This document shows positions 28,927 to 38,515 of a stretch of 51,719 nucleotides of DNA, one piece after another. This DNA comes from a virus. Taxonomy: Duplodnaviria; Heunggongvirae; Uroviricota; Caudoviricetes. The notes beneath the pieces were generated by a model that did not search any database, was not told the DNA's origin, and saw only the letters and a list, made by a program, of their open reading frames with translations. The DNA is taken from the IMG/VR virus record IMGVR_UViG_3300013094_000021; one strand, given 5' to 3'. Made by a program: the position numbers and the translations under genes. Every line of letters starts with the position of its first letter. Position 1 is the first letter of the stretch.

Positions 28927-29706
28927 ATGATAAGCATATATTGCTCCGCGTTTAATTTGGAAAAAAATATTTTCGATTGGGAAAAATCTTTGGATTTATT
29001 TTCAAAATTTGGCGATGAAGTTTTGGTCGGAACCACCACCGACAGCAAAGACAGGACAATAGAACTCCTAGAATTATTTTCAAAAAAAAATAATAAAGTA
29101 AAAATTGTCGTCACCGACTTCAAATTAGACTCTCCAACATTTGATGGGGACATAAAAAACGCAGCATTACTAAAATGCTCAAACAAATATAGGTGTTTAT
29201 TCGACTTGGATGAGTTTCCGGTTTTATCTCAGCGCCATTTATGGAATCAATTATGCCAAATATTAGATGATTATAAAGGTGATTTTAATGGATTTCTTAT
29301 TCCAAGTATAAATTTATGCAAAGATTTGAACCACTATAAAGATATCGGATTTAAATTTTATTTACACGACGACAAAATTAGGCGCGGAGTAGTTAATTAT
29401 GCAAAAAATAAAGACGGCTCAATAGATATATCAAAAAGTGATACCACTGACGCAATACTGGAATCCGGCGAACTAGGAAGATTTCTTTCATTCCCAAATG
29501 AAATAAATTTAATACAATCTAGAAAAGACGTTATACCTTACGTCTTTCATAAATGGGCGGTTGACTTTGACAAAAGAATCGAGCAAAACAATTTTTGGAA
29601 ACCAGTTTGGGAAAACAGAGCAAAAAAACAAGTCACTGATATAATTTTAGACAAATCAAATATTGATAAAATAGAGGTTTTTGAACATAGTCTCCCTCTT
29701 GAATAA
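28927..29706 (+). CDS. GT-A fold glycosyltransferase-like protein
   Basis: DSKDRT, IKNAAL and CLFDLDEF. Confidence 0.65.
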   Translation: MISIYCSAFNLEKNIFDWEKSLDLFSKFGDEVLVGTTTDSKDRTIELLELFSKKNNKVKIVVTDFKLDSPTFDGDIKNAALLKCSNKYRCLFDLDEFPVLSQRHLWNQLCQILDDYKGDFNGFLIPSINLCKDLNHYKDIGFKFYLHDDKIRRGVVNYAKNKDGSIDISKSDTTDAILESGELGRFLSFPNEINLIQSRKDVIPYVFHKWAVDFDKRIEQNNFWKPVWENRAKKQVTDIILDKSNIDKIEVFEHSLPLE

Positions 29707-29707
29707 A

Positions 29708-30379
29708 ATGAGCAAATATCTATACACGATAATTTCAGACCTTCATCTTGGTTGCGGAGTTAGCAACTCAGACAAGATTTGCAAATTATTGCAAAGTTTA
29801 GATACTGATTTTTTAATATTGAACGGAGATACTTTAGACCGCGACCACACCAAAAGACTAAAGAAAAAAGACTGGAAAATACTATCTCTTTTAAGAAAGA
29901 AGAGCAAACACATTGAAATATACTGCGTCCAAGGAAATCACAGCCCAGAATTCGACAGCATTATATCTGATTTGTTGGGTTTTAATTTCGCCAAAGAACT
30001 AAACATAGTTGTAAAATCAAGGAGAATACACATTTCACATGGCGATAAAAACGATTTTTGGACTAAAAGAAAATTAATTACTAATTTTTTTACAGGGCTT
30101 TATTATTACATACAAGTTTTAGATAAAAATAATAAAATAACCGGATGGATAAAAAGAGTTAGCAAGAAAATATTAAAAACAAACAAAGGAGTAGAGGACT
30201 CCGCCTTTAAATACGCCAAAGAACATAGCTTCACCGACATAATACAAAGTCACACTCACTATCCAGATAAAGTATCGAAAGATGGAATAAATTATTATAA
30301 TACTGGGAGCTTTTGCTACAAAATATGCACCTTTGTAACCATAGACCACGACGGAAAAATAGAATTGCAAAAAATATGA
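29708..30379 (+). CDS. calcineurin-like metallophosphoesterase (LpxH-like)
   Basis: ISDLHLG, NGDTLD, GNH, HGD, HTH and NTGS; ATG 29708 preferred over track start. Confidence 0.85.
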   Translation: MSKYLYTIISDLHLGCGVSNSDKICKLLQSLDTDFLILNGDTLDRDHTKRLKKKDWKILSLLRKKSKHIEIYCVQGNHSPEFDSIISDLLGFNFAKELNIVVKSRRIHISHGDKNDFWTKRKLITNFFTGLYYYIQVLDKNNKITGWIKRVSKKILKTNKGVEDSAFKYAKEHSFTDIIQSHTHYPDKVSKDGINYYNTGSFCYKICTFVTIDHDGKIELQKI

Positions 30380-30810
30380 TAAACCAAACCAAATACGTTT
30401 TAGGATTTGCGTTTAATGAATGCAAAAACTGCGTTATTTTGATAGAAAAGCAAAAACCGGAATTTTTAAAAGGAAAGTTAAACGGCTTGGGAGGGAAAAT
30501 AGAGGGCTGCGAACTACCAAACTCCGCCATGAGCAGAGAATTCAAAGAAGAATGCGGCATTGAAACCAGTCCTAGCGACTGGAACAGATTCTCCGTTCTA
30601 GACGGCCCAGATTTTTTAGTCTATGTCTTCAAGACAACTCTTAAAGACGAGCTTTTCTTGTCAGCCAAGCAAACCGAAAAAGAAAAAATTTTCCTACTAC
30701 CGATATCTATTCTAAAAAAGAAAAAATGCGTAAGCAATATACACTGGCTAATAGAGATGGCGCTGGACGAATCAAGTGAATTTATTGGCTCCGTAATAGA
30801 TTATAAATAA
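30376..30810 (+). CDS. NUDIX hydrolase
   Basis: GGKIEGCELPNSAMSREFKEECG Nudix box. Confidence 0.9.
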   Translation: MINQTKYVLGFAFNECKNCVILIEKQKPEFLKGKLNGLGGKIEGCELPNSAMSREFKEECGIETSPSDWNRFSVLDGPDFLVYVFKTTLKDELFLSAKQTEKEKIFLLPISILKKKKCVSNIHWLIEMALDESSEFIGSVIDYK

Positions 30811-30819
30811 TTTAATTAT

Positions 30820-31593
30820 ATGTTTAACTATTCATTGAATTTTTTTACCTCAACTAAAGGTCATTTCAACTGTAAAAATATATACAAATATACTCTAAAT
30901 GATTTATTCAAAAAATCTATAATATTCAAAAGCCTTTCATACAAAATAGCGCATATAAAAATTAGCGAAGGCGAGGAGTCTATCGGCTCGGAAATGGAAA
31001 AATTCCTATATTCTGATTTTAAATTCGATAAAGTTTTAACCACGGTTGGAAAATGGTCGCATTCCGACGGAAGCTCTCATTTTGAATATTTAAAAGATAT
31101 AAACAAATTATATTCTTGGTATGAATTATCTAATATACCATTCGGAATACATTGGGAAGATGATTTCTGCTTTAATATTGAAAACGCCGACGACTTTATA
31201 AAAAGGGGTTTTGATTTCATAAAATACAATCACAATAAGCTCACATTTAGATACACTCGCGAAGGCGATGAAGATATCCTGCAAAGAACCAATGCTAAAA
31301 TCTACGTTCCATATAACTATGATAATATTTATCAAAGCGTATATGCTCAAGATAATGAATTTTCATTTAATCCGACATTTTTAAGAAATTCTGATATGAA
31401 ATACATATCTAAATTTGCCGCAAAAACCTATCCAAATATTCACGCTCATTGCGAAAGAGCCTTTGGATTAGTAGCCAATTATTTGAATAGCGAAAAAAAT
31501 ACTTTCGGATTTTACGAAGATAGATTCTGCTTCGTTGATAACAAAATATTGACACACATAGGGACGCCGGATTTCGCAGCTAAATTAAAATGA
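30820..31593 (+). CDS. GT-A-like hypothetical protein
   Basis: HWEDDF, SFNP and HIG; lies among glycosyltransferase genes. Confidence 0.45.
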   Translation: MFNYSLNFFTSTKGHFNCKNIYKYTLNDLFKKSIIFKSLSYKIAHIKISEGEESIGSEMEKFLYSDFKFDKVLTTVGKWSHSDGSSHFEYLKDINKLYSWYELSNIPFGIHWEDDFCFNIENADDFIKRGFDFIKYNHNKLTFRYTREGDEDILQRTNAKIYVPYNYDNIYQSVYAQDNEFSFNPTFLRNSDMKYISKFAAKTYPNIHAHCERAFGLVANYLNSEKNTFGFYEDRFCFVDNKILTHIGTPDFAAKLK

Positions 31594-32144
31594 CATTAGA
31601 CAAAATAAATTCATTTTTTGAGTTGATAGCTTTTTTATTTATACTATTAAATTGCTATAGACTAATAAAAGACGGACAACTAAAAGGAATATCAAAAGTA
31701 TCGTGTTCCTTCTTCTTTGTTTGGTCTTTCTTTAATTTATATTACTATTCAGGAATCAATCAATTTTATAGTTTTATTTCTTCTTTATTGGTCTTTATAA
31801 GTAATTTTGTTTATATTGTTTTAATTTTTACCATTCCATCAATGAAAAAACAAAAAATCGTTTGTCTTTGCGGCTCAACAAAATTTAAAGAATCCTTTAT
31901 CAACGCTCAAAGAAATGAAACTTTAAAAGGAAACATTGTTTTATCAGTTGGTCTTTTCGGTCATATTGAAGGTCTTGACATGAAAGGAGAGACTAAAAAA
32001 ATGTTGGACGAACTACATAAAAGAAAGATTGATTTATCAGATGAAATACTCGTCATTAATATCGGCGGATATATAGGAGAATCAACTCGCTCTGAAATAG
32101 AATATGCAATTAAAAACAAAAAAAGAATAAAATATTTAGAATGA
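31590..32144 (+). CDS. fusion of a 3-TM (PQ-loop/SemiSWEET-like) domain and a nucleoside deoxyribosyltransferase-like domain
   Basis: Hydrophobic N-terminal ~80 aa, then IVCLCGSTKF...KIDLSDEILVIN.GGYIGESTRSEIEYA. Confidence 0.6.
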   Translation: MTLDKINSFFELIAFLFILLNCYRLIKDGQLKGISKVSCSFFFVWSFFNLYYYSGINQFYSFISSLLVFISNFVYIVLIFTIPSMKKQKIVCLCGSTKFKESFINAQRNETLKGNIVLSVGLFGHIEGLDMKGETKKMLDELHKRKIDLSDEILVINIGGYIGESTRSEIEYAIKNKKRIKYLE

Positions 32145-32980
32145 ATAAAGTATTATTCGGTCATCATGGTAGATATGGAGATATAATGATGGGGATACCG
32201 TCAATAAAATATCTAAGCGAAACCAATCAAAACAATTCATACTACTTAAATATAAACAAATCCTATCAGGATTGCGCTCCGTTATTCTATAATCAAAAGG
32301 GGATAGAAGGAGTTTTTATTTCAAACGAATACGAAAAATTTCCAGATTCACTAGACTGTATAAATTTGAGAGATTTTGGATTCTCTTCGTGCTTCAATCC
32401 AATGCAACCAAGAATTGACGAAGAATCTTGGTTTAAAAAGAGACATCAAGTTAGCGACGTTGCATATCAATACGGTATTTTAAATGAAATCGAGTGCCAT
32501 AAAATAAAAAAAATAAACTTGCATAAATGGTTCACTCACCAATACTTTAAAAAAACAATTGCATTTCATTCGTCGCCCGCCAATTATGAAAAAAACAACA
32601 CAAAAGCTTTCTCTAGGGAGAAGTCTCAAGATTTGGTTAATTATTTAAATAAAATTGGCTATTCAGTTTTAGAGGTCGGAGCCAAATCAGACCCAAAACT
32701 TGAAAATACCATAAAATTTGAAACAGATTACTTCCATTCAGTTAAAAATATATTAGGTTGCGAACTATTTATAGGATTTGATAGCGGCCTAACTTGGACT
32801 TTATCTGGATACAATTTCCCAGTTTTAGCTTTTTATAGCGACGCTTATTATATTAGAGATGGTATTAATTATGTTTCATCTATACAGCCCGAAAATCCAA
32901 ATGCCATATACATATCAAACAATAACGTGAATGAAATTTCACACTCTTTAATGATTGAAAAAATCAACGAAATAATATAA
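32141..32980 (+). CDS. GT9 (heptosyltransferase-like) glycosyltransferase
   Basis: GRYGDIMM..P and LFIGFDSGLTW. Confidence 0.7.
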   Translation: MNKVLFGHHGRYGDIMMGIPSIKYLSETNQNNSYYLNINKSYQDCAPLFYNQKGIEGVFISNEYEKFPDSLDCINLRDFGFSSCFNPMQPRIDEESWFKKRHQVSDVAYQYGILNEIECHKIKKINLHKWFTHQYFKKTIAFHSSPANYEKNNTKAFSREKSQDLVNYLNKIGYSVLEVGAKSDPKLENTIKFETDYFHSVKNILGCELFIGFDSGLTWTLSGYNFPVLAFYSDAYYIRDGINYVSSIQPENPNAIYISNNNVNEISHSLMIEKINEII

Positions 32981-32989
32981 AATATTTAT

Positions 32990-33670
32990 ATGTCTAAAAA
33001 TGAAGCTATAACAATTTGTATAGGTGAAGATGCTTTTAAATATTTAAAAATAACTTTAGTTCAAAACATAAAATACTTCGATAATTATATCGTAATAAAT
33101 AATTTTGATAAAAATGTCAATGATTTAGTCCGCTCATTAGGCGGCTGTGTTTTAAATACCAACTCAATGTTTGAAAACGGAAAGGCATTCGACAAAGGCG
33201 CTGGATACAATGAGGCGTTCAAAAAAATACTTTACAAAGATTACGTCACTATATTAGACTGCGACTGCTTTATTCCAGATGACTTAGGTTCGGTCTTGAA
33301 AAAACTAGAATTCGATAAAGAGTTTATGTATGGCTCAAGAAGAGTTGTTATTGAAAAAATAAGCGATTTTTTCAAGATAATCAATGGAGATAAATCCATA
33401 CTAGATTCGCTCAATTGTCCTTATGGTATTGGTTATGTATATATGCAACTTTTTAATGTAAACTCTGACGTAATAAAAAGGCATGGTTTGAATCACCCAA
33501 ACAACCATGACGAATCTGAATCAGATTGGATGTTTAGAAATAGGTTTGGCGAAACTTTTAATTCAGATATGGAGTATCGAGGAAAATTAAAAGAAATAAA
33601 AGAAAGAATATACCATTTGGGCCCACCAAACATGAGAGAAAGAAATCACGATATTTTCTTTAATAATTAA
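32990..33670 (+). CDS. GT-A fold glycosyltransferase-like protein
   Basis: FDKGAGYN, ILDCDC, GY.QLF and HLG. Confidence 0.6.
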   Translation: MSKNEAITICIGEDAFKYLKITLVQNIKYFDNYIVINNFDKNVNDLVRSLGGCVLNTNSMFENGKAFDKGAGYNEAFKKILYKDYVTILDCDCFIPDDLGSVLKKLEFDKEFMYGSRRVVIEKISDFFKIINGDKSILDSLNCPYGIGYVYMQLFNVNSDVIKRHGLNHPNNHDESESDWMFRNRFGETFNSDMEYRGKLKEIKERIYHLGPPNMRERNHDIFFNN

Positions 33671-33698
33671 CCAAAATTGATATAATATTAAAAATAAT

Positions 33699-34319
33699 AT
33701 GGGTAAATTATCTCGATTTAATCTAAACGAATTCATTGAAAAATACGGAGTATCAACGCTAATAGAAACCGGCTCTGGATATGGAACCGGAATAAATTAC
33801 GCTCGCGAATTTAAAAAATTGAAACGAATTTTTTCCTGTGAAATAATAGACGAGCAAGCAAAAAAACTCCAAAAAGAAATACAGGAACACGACAATAGAG
33901 TTCTAATATACTCCGGCAAGAGTTGCGATTATTTGAATTTTATACTTAACCAAGAAGTTGTAAAAAACGAAACTTCTTGTGTATATTTTTTAGACAGTCA
34001 CTTTCCGGGCGCGGATTTAGGTATATCAAAGTTCGATGACGAGAAAAATAAATTAATAAGACTTCCTCTAGAAACCGAACTTGATATAATTTATAGACTT
34101 AGAAATCCAGATATATACAGAGATATCTTCATAATTGACGATTTAAGAATTTACAAAAAACTTCCAATTCACGGGGGAGACTTGGAAAAACTTAATTTGG
34201 GAAATGTAACTGATTACAGCAACGACTTCTTCTCTCGCTGGAAAAAAACTCACGACTTAGAAGAGATATTAGAGCATGAAGGATATTTAAAAATGACACC
34301 AAAAGAAATATATGTTTAA
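33699..34319 (+). CDS. class I SAM-methyltransferase-like protein
   Basis: LIETGSGYG, S-CE, GKS, FLDSH and IIDD. Confidence 0.6.
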   Translation: MGKLSRFNLNEFIEKYGVSTLIETGSGYGTGINYAREFKKLKRIFSCEIIDEQAKKLQKEIQEHDNRVLIYSGKSCDYLNFILNQEVVKNETSCVYFLDSHFPGADLGISKFDDEKNKLIRLPLETELDIIYRLRNPDIYRDIFIIDDLRIYKKLPIHGGDLEKLNLGNVTDYSNDFFSRWKKTHDLEEILEHEGYLKMTPKEIYV

Positions 34320-34998
34320 TAAATTAGGGATACGAATGGAAGGCTCTTGGAATCAAGTTGCGCCTATTATATCTGAATATGTCAAAAATAAAAGTCAATT
34401 CGTCTATCTTGAAATAGGTGTCGCCCACTGCTTTACTCTTAGAAATTCATACGATATTATAAAAAATAATATAAAAACTAACGACTGGATATGCCTTGGT
34501 TTAGACCTAGAAGGTAGTTTAGACGTTAATTTTAAACAGATATCCGAGGCTTTTAATAATCAAGAATTAGTCATCAGCACAAACGAGAACTCCGAAAATG
34601 TTTTACAAAAAATATCATCTGGAAAATACCATGCTGGCTTAATTTTAAGAAAGAATACCGTTGATTTTATAAATAAAATAGATGAAAATTCGATTGATTT
34701 CTATTTTGAGGATTCTTGCCACGGAAAACCATGTTTTATTAAACATTTTTTGGCAATGGAAGGTAAAATTAAATCCGGCGGACTTTTCATGGCTCACGAT
34801 ACCGGCGAAGAAGAAACCGGAACGGATTGGCAGCCGCATTGCAATTCATACATAGATGTTCGCGGCGGTCTTACTGAGCTTGGATTATTAAATAACTCAA
34901 GAAAAGGATGGAAGATGATTGGTGAATTCGCCGGAACAAGAAAAACCGAAAACAATCCGAACGGCGGAAATTCAATCGCTTTGTTCCAAAAGCTTTGA
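34312..34998 (+). CDS. Methyltransf_24-like SAM methyltransferase
   Basis: YLEIGV, FEDSCH and GG.F..HDT. Confidence 0.65.
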   Translation: MFNKLGIRMEGSWNQVAPIISEYVKNKSQFVYLEIGVAHCFTLRNSYDIIKNNIKTNDWICLGLDLEGSLDVNFKQISEAFNNQELVISTNENSENVLQKISSGKYHAGLILRKNTVDFINKIDENSIDFYFEDSCHGKPCFIKHFLAMEGKIKSGGLFMAHDTGEEETGTDWQPHCNSYIDVRGGLTELGLLNNSRKGWKMIGEFAGTRKTENNPNGGNSIALFQKL

Positions 34999-35001
34999 AT
35001 C

Positions 35002-35295
35002 TTAATTGTAGTAAATTAACACTCCGTCTCCGACACCGCCCGCAACATACCAGTTCGCCAAATTTTCTTTTTCTTGGTTTGTGCTTATTGACAACTGAAA
35101 CCAGAAAGACCCGCCCGTAGGAACTGGTATATGACATTGGCCTGAATTCCCAACGAACACAGTTCCAGTATTATTAATCGGAATGCCTCCAGCCTGAAAC
35201 CCCTTGAATCCGAAAAGATAGCAGTTACGAAAAAAAGTCGTCACCCCAGTTATGCTTACCGGAGTAGCGCCATTAGAATTAACAAATACTGTCAT
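35002..35295 (-). CDS. Gly/beta-rich hypothetical protein (virion-like composition)
   Basis: ORF track; preceded by a GTGTATA motif. Confidence 0.6.
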   Translation of the reverse strand: MTVFVNSNGATPVSITGVTTFFRNCYLFGFKGFQAGGIPINNTGTVFVGNSGQCHIPVPTGGSFWFQLSISTNQEKENLANWYVAGGVGDGVLIYYN

Positions 35296-35623
35296 AAAAT
35301 TAAATTAGTTATTAATAATATACACGACAAAGTGTAAAAAAATCGTGTTTATTATTATTAAAATAATATTATCTAAAATTATTGAGATTTTTGCAGAAAA
35401 AATCATAGAAAATCTACGTTTTTCTAAAAAACACAAAAAAAATAAGAAAAATGCAAGATAATTATAAATTAATTATTGATTATTTCAATTCCGATGAATT
35501 TAAGCTATGGAAAGAAATGGCTGGAATAGGCCGAATTATAGAATTAAATATAGAAAAATTCAATTACAATAAAATAGAGCAAGAAAACTATTTAAAAAAT
35601 AAAAATTCCAAATATAATTAAAC

Positions 35624-35983
35624 ATGAAAAAATTAATAATTTTATTTTCAATTTGCCTTTCTACGCATTTTTGTTTTGGGCAGACCACAAATTTGCCACC
35701 CACAACCCAGCTACCGCAAACCACCGAACAGCATTCAGTTGAGTCAGATATTATACAATTATTTAAAGACTTATTCCCTTCATTTCCTAAAGAAGATTAT
35801 GCCTTACTTTGTATATCAATTCATTTTGCCGCTAAATACTACAGAAATTATAAAATAAAGGATATTTCCAATCCTAGCTCCATACAAAGAGCTATAGCTC
35901 ACTTGGCTATAAGCCCGCTTCCTCCTTCTGTGGCATCTCAGCCGACTCCTCCACCAACACCAACCGCCAATCAAAAAACTTAA
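35624..35983 (+). CDS. secreted or membrane protein with Pro/Thr-rich segments
   Basis: Signal-like N-terminus and PPSVASQPTPPPTP tail. Confidence 0.6.
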   Translation: MKKLIILFSICLSTHFCFGQTTNLPPTTQLPQTTEQHSVESDIIQLFKDLFPSFPKEDYALLCISIHFAAKYYRNYKIKDISNPSSIQRAIAHLAISPLPPSVASQPTPPPTPTANQKT

Positions 35984-36025
35984 AATTTGGTTGACTTTAG
36001 TCTAGTATTGGTTTAATATATCAAT

Positions 36026-36244
36026 ATGCAAAAGCATATTGAAAAGAAATTCACATCAAGCAAATGGGCGGCCATTTTAGGCTTGAAATTCATTAACTTA
36101 TCAGGTTTTCCTTCAAAAGAATACTTTGAAAAAGTTTATGTAAAAAAAGAGGATTTCCTTGGTTATGCTTCCAACTGCAAGGTGGAAAAACCATCCTCTC
36201 TTTCAAGAAGAGAAGCTGTTAAAATGTTAAAAAAATTAGTTTAA
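36026..36244 (+). CDS. hypothetical protein
   Basis: ORF track; upstream TTGACT box. Confidence 0.6.
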   Translation: MQKHIEKKFTSSKWAAILGLKFINLSGFPSKEYFEKVYVKKEDFLGYASNCKVEKPSSLSRREAVKMLKKLV

Positions 36245-36260
36245 ACCTTTATATAAATAT

Positions 36261-36458
36261 ATGGAAATTAAAAACATTAAAGGCTTTAAAGACTTCGTGC
36301 CAACAAAACCGGCAAAAGGATACTATTTATTAGCTTTTGGCGAACGCGGAAGGCTTTTATCGTCCCTTAGCGTGTCTAAAAAATTCAAAAATAGACCAGA
36401 TGTGCTTAGTAGAGCATTGGAATTGTTTGGAAACCAAATAAAAGAAAAATTAAAATAA
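36261..36458 (+). CDS. hypothetical protein
   Basis: ORF track; co-oriented. Confidence 0.6.
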   Translation: MEIKNIKGFKDFVPTKPAKGYYLLAFGERGRLLSSLSVSKKFKNRPDVLSRALELFGNQIKEKLK

Positions 36459-36655
36459 AATTTCACTTTACATTTTTTTGTGTAATGCTATAATAGAAAT
36501 ATAGTTTATGATTAAAGTCGGAAAGCCAAGTATGTTTGTTTTAACGTCGAATTGTCTCGAAAAAGGCAATTTTCCGGCGTATCAACATATATTGAATTCA
36601 GAATGGGGCAAAAAATATTAATGGCGGCTTAATAAGAGAATAAATAAAGTTTGTA

Positions 36656-36690
36656 AAAGCCGCCAAGGAAAAAAATCCAAGGCGGCTTTA
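36656..36690 (+). terminator. GC-rich terminator-like hairpin
   Basis: AAAGCCGCC...GGCGGCTTT. Confidence 0.65.
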
Positions 36691-37059
36691 AATTTTAAGT
36701 TGACAAATCGAAATTTTGGTATTAGTATAGTGGAGTTGAAAGTAATTTTAGTAAAATTTAAGGTCTTTTAAATAGTTTTGAGACTGTAAATCAAAAATAA
36801 ACGAACGGCACTTTTAGCAAAAAGCTGTATGCCGCATCAAATTTTAAATAATTTGTTATAGCGCCTTATTGTATGTATTTAACATTATTTTAATGTTTAT
36901 TTACCTAATTTATCCAATAATAATATTGATTATAAACAAATAGAATCAAAATATAGTAATACTATTGTATGTTAAAATTTAGGTGGTAATAAGATAACAC
37001 CTATTAAATGGCGACTCCTGTGAGAAGCTATATCTTATAATTAAAGTAAAATAAATAGT

Positions 37060-37548
37060 ATGAAAAATAATGAAAATAAGTTAGCGTTGGCCCCATTTCA
37101 TAGTAATTGGGGGTTAGGAAGTTATAACAATCGTTTCGGTTGCCTAGTGGACGAATTATTTGATTCGTTCTGGGATTCGCCAGCCTTTCAATTTGAGAGG
37201 AATTGGCGACCAACAGACATATCGGAGGATGAAAATAACTATTATATAAATATTGAATTGCCGGGTTTTAAAAAATCTGATATCAATATTTCGGTAGTCA
37301 ATAATACTATAAAAGTATTAGCAAAGAATAATAAATCTGTATATTCTCGTGCTTTTTCAATAAGCGGCTGGAATACAAATAAAGTAAAGACAAAATTAGA
37401 AAATGGAGTTTTGACTGCTACAATAGAAAAATTACCAGAAGCAAAAGAAAAGGTAATTCATATTGAAGAAGTTGATGATACAAAAAATTTACCACCAGTA
37501 GCGGCTGGAGGTAAAGCGGAAGAAAAAAAAGAAGAGAAGAAAAAGTAA
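37060..37548 (+). CDS. small heat-shock protein (HSP20/alpha-crystallin)
   Basis: PTDISEDE, ELPGFKKSDINI and LENGVLT. Confidence 0.92.
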   Translation: MKNNENKLALAPFHSNWGLGSYNNRFGCLVDELFDSFWDSPAFQFERNWRPTDISEDENNYYINIELPGFKKSDINISVVNNTIKVLAKNNKSVYSRAFSISGWNTNKVKTKLENGVLTATIEKLPEAKEKVIHIEEVDDTKNLPPVAAGGKAEEKKEEKKK

Positions 37549-37684
37549 GTTAGTGGGGAAATGAAATAGGTTTTAGAGCGTTTTAATCCTTCAAAAAACG
37601 CTTAACAATTTTAGGGTGGCGCAGTAAAGTGTTACTTCATCTCTAGGAAAATACATTTTACGATTATTCCCCCGAAACTTTAAT

Positions 37685-37761
37685 ACGGCAATAGCTAAGT
37701 TGAGAGAAGCATTAGTCTCCAAAATTAACATAGATGGGTTCGACTCCCATTTGCCGTGCCA
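37685..37761 (+). tRNA. tRNA-Trp(CCA)
   Basis: ACGGCAA/TTGCCGT acceptor, loop CT-CCA-AA, GCCA end. Confidence 0.85.
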
Positions 37762-37905
37762 CTTTAACCACCGAAAAATAATGTATTTACCTGAATACAA
37801 GTAGTAGGGTAAATGTAGTTTGGACAACATTGAAAATTATATCAACTGTTTGTTCACGCATGGTTACAAGGAAAATGTTAGCTTGTAAAAATCATTTAAT
37901 TTAAT

Positions 37906-37982
37906 GGGGCGTGGGCAACCCGATGGTTGAGTAACTTTTGCAAAGTTATGGATTTTCGATTTGACTTCGACACGCTCCACCA
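37906..37982 (+). tRNA. tRNA-Ala(TGC)
   Basis: G3-U70, loop TT-TGC-AA, T-loop TTTGACT. Confidence 0.8.
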
Positions 37983-38199
37983 GTTTTATGGGCGGTAACG
38001 AAAAGACGTTTCCAGATTCGGTTAAAATCCGTCGCTGTCCACACCAGTTTTCCGCTACTCGCCTTATCCACAAGGTTAATCGTTGGACTCTTTCTAGAGT
38101 AGCATTTCATTTTACAATGGCGCATAAAAGAATTCCATCTTTGGCTACCAGCCAAATTAAAAATATTCTTTTAGATTATTCCTTGTAATATAATTTAAT

Positions 38200-38285
38200 G
38201 GGAGCTTGGGATAGCGGCAATTCCAGCGCGCTGTAAACGCGCCGTCTTTATGGCTTCACTCGTTCGAGTCGAGTAGCTCCCACCA
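38200..38285 (+). tRNA. tRNA-Tyr(GTA)
   Basis: GCGCG-CTGTAAA-CGCGC, variable arm, ACCA end. Confidence 0.9.
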
Positions 38286-38343
38286 TTTTGGAAGTATTTA
38301 ATAACTTCATCTTTTTGTTGGTAGAGTCAACTAACTATTTAAT

Positions 38344-38421
38344 GGTGGTAGTAGCACAACTGATTAGTGCCCGAACTTGTGGAGTTCGCTTATGCGAGTT
38401 TAAATCTCGTTTACCACCCCA
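38344..38421 (+). tRNA. tRNA-His(GTG)
   Basis: G-1:C73 pair, loop TT-GTG-GA. Confidence 0.88.
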
Positions 38422-38427
38422 ATTTAT

Positions 38428-38515
38428 GGAAGCTACCAGAGTTGGCTCTCTGAAAGGTCTTGAAAACCTTGGTGACGTTAATTCGTCAATCGTTCGATGC
38501 GATTAGCTTCCGCCA
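38428..38515 (+). tRNA. tRNA-Ser(TGA)
   Basis: AAGGT-CTTGAAA-ACCTT, variable arm, G73. Confidence 0.9.

Noticed and set aside
37605-37684. T-box riboswitch (TTAGGGTGGC)
   Set aside because: No ACC continuation, stem I or downstream terminator; kept only as an anti-CCA pairing observation.
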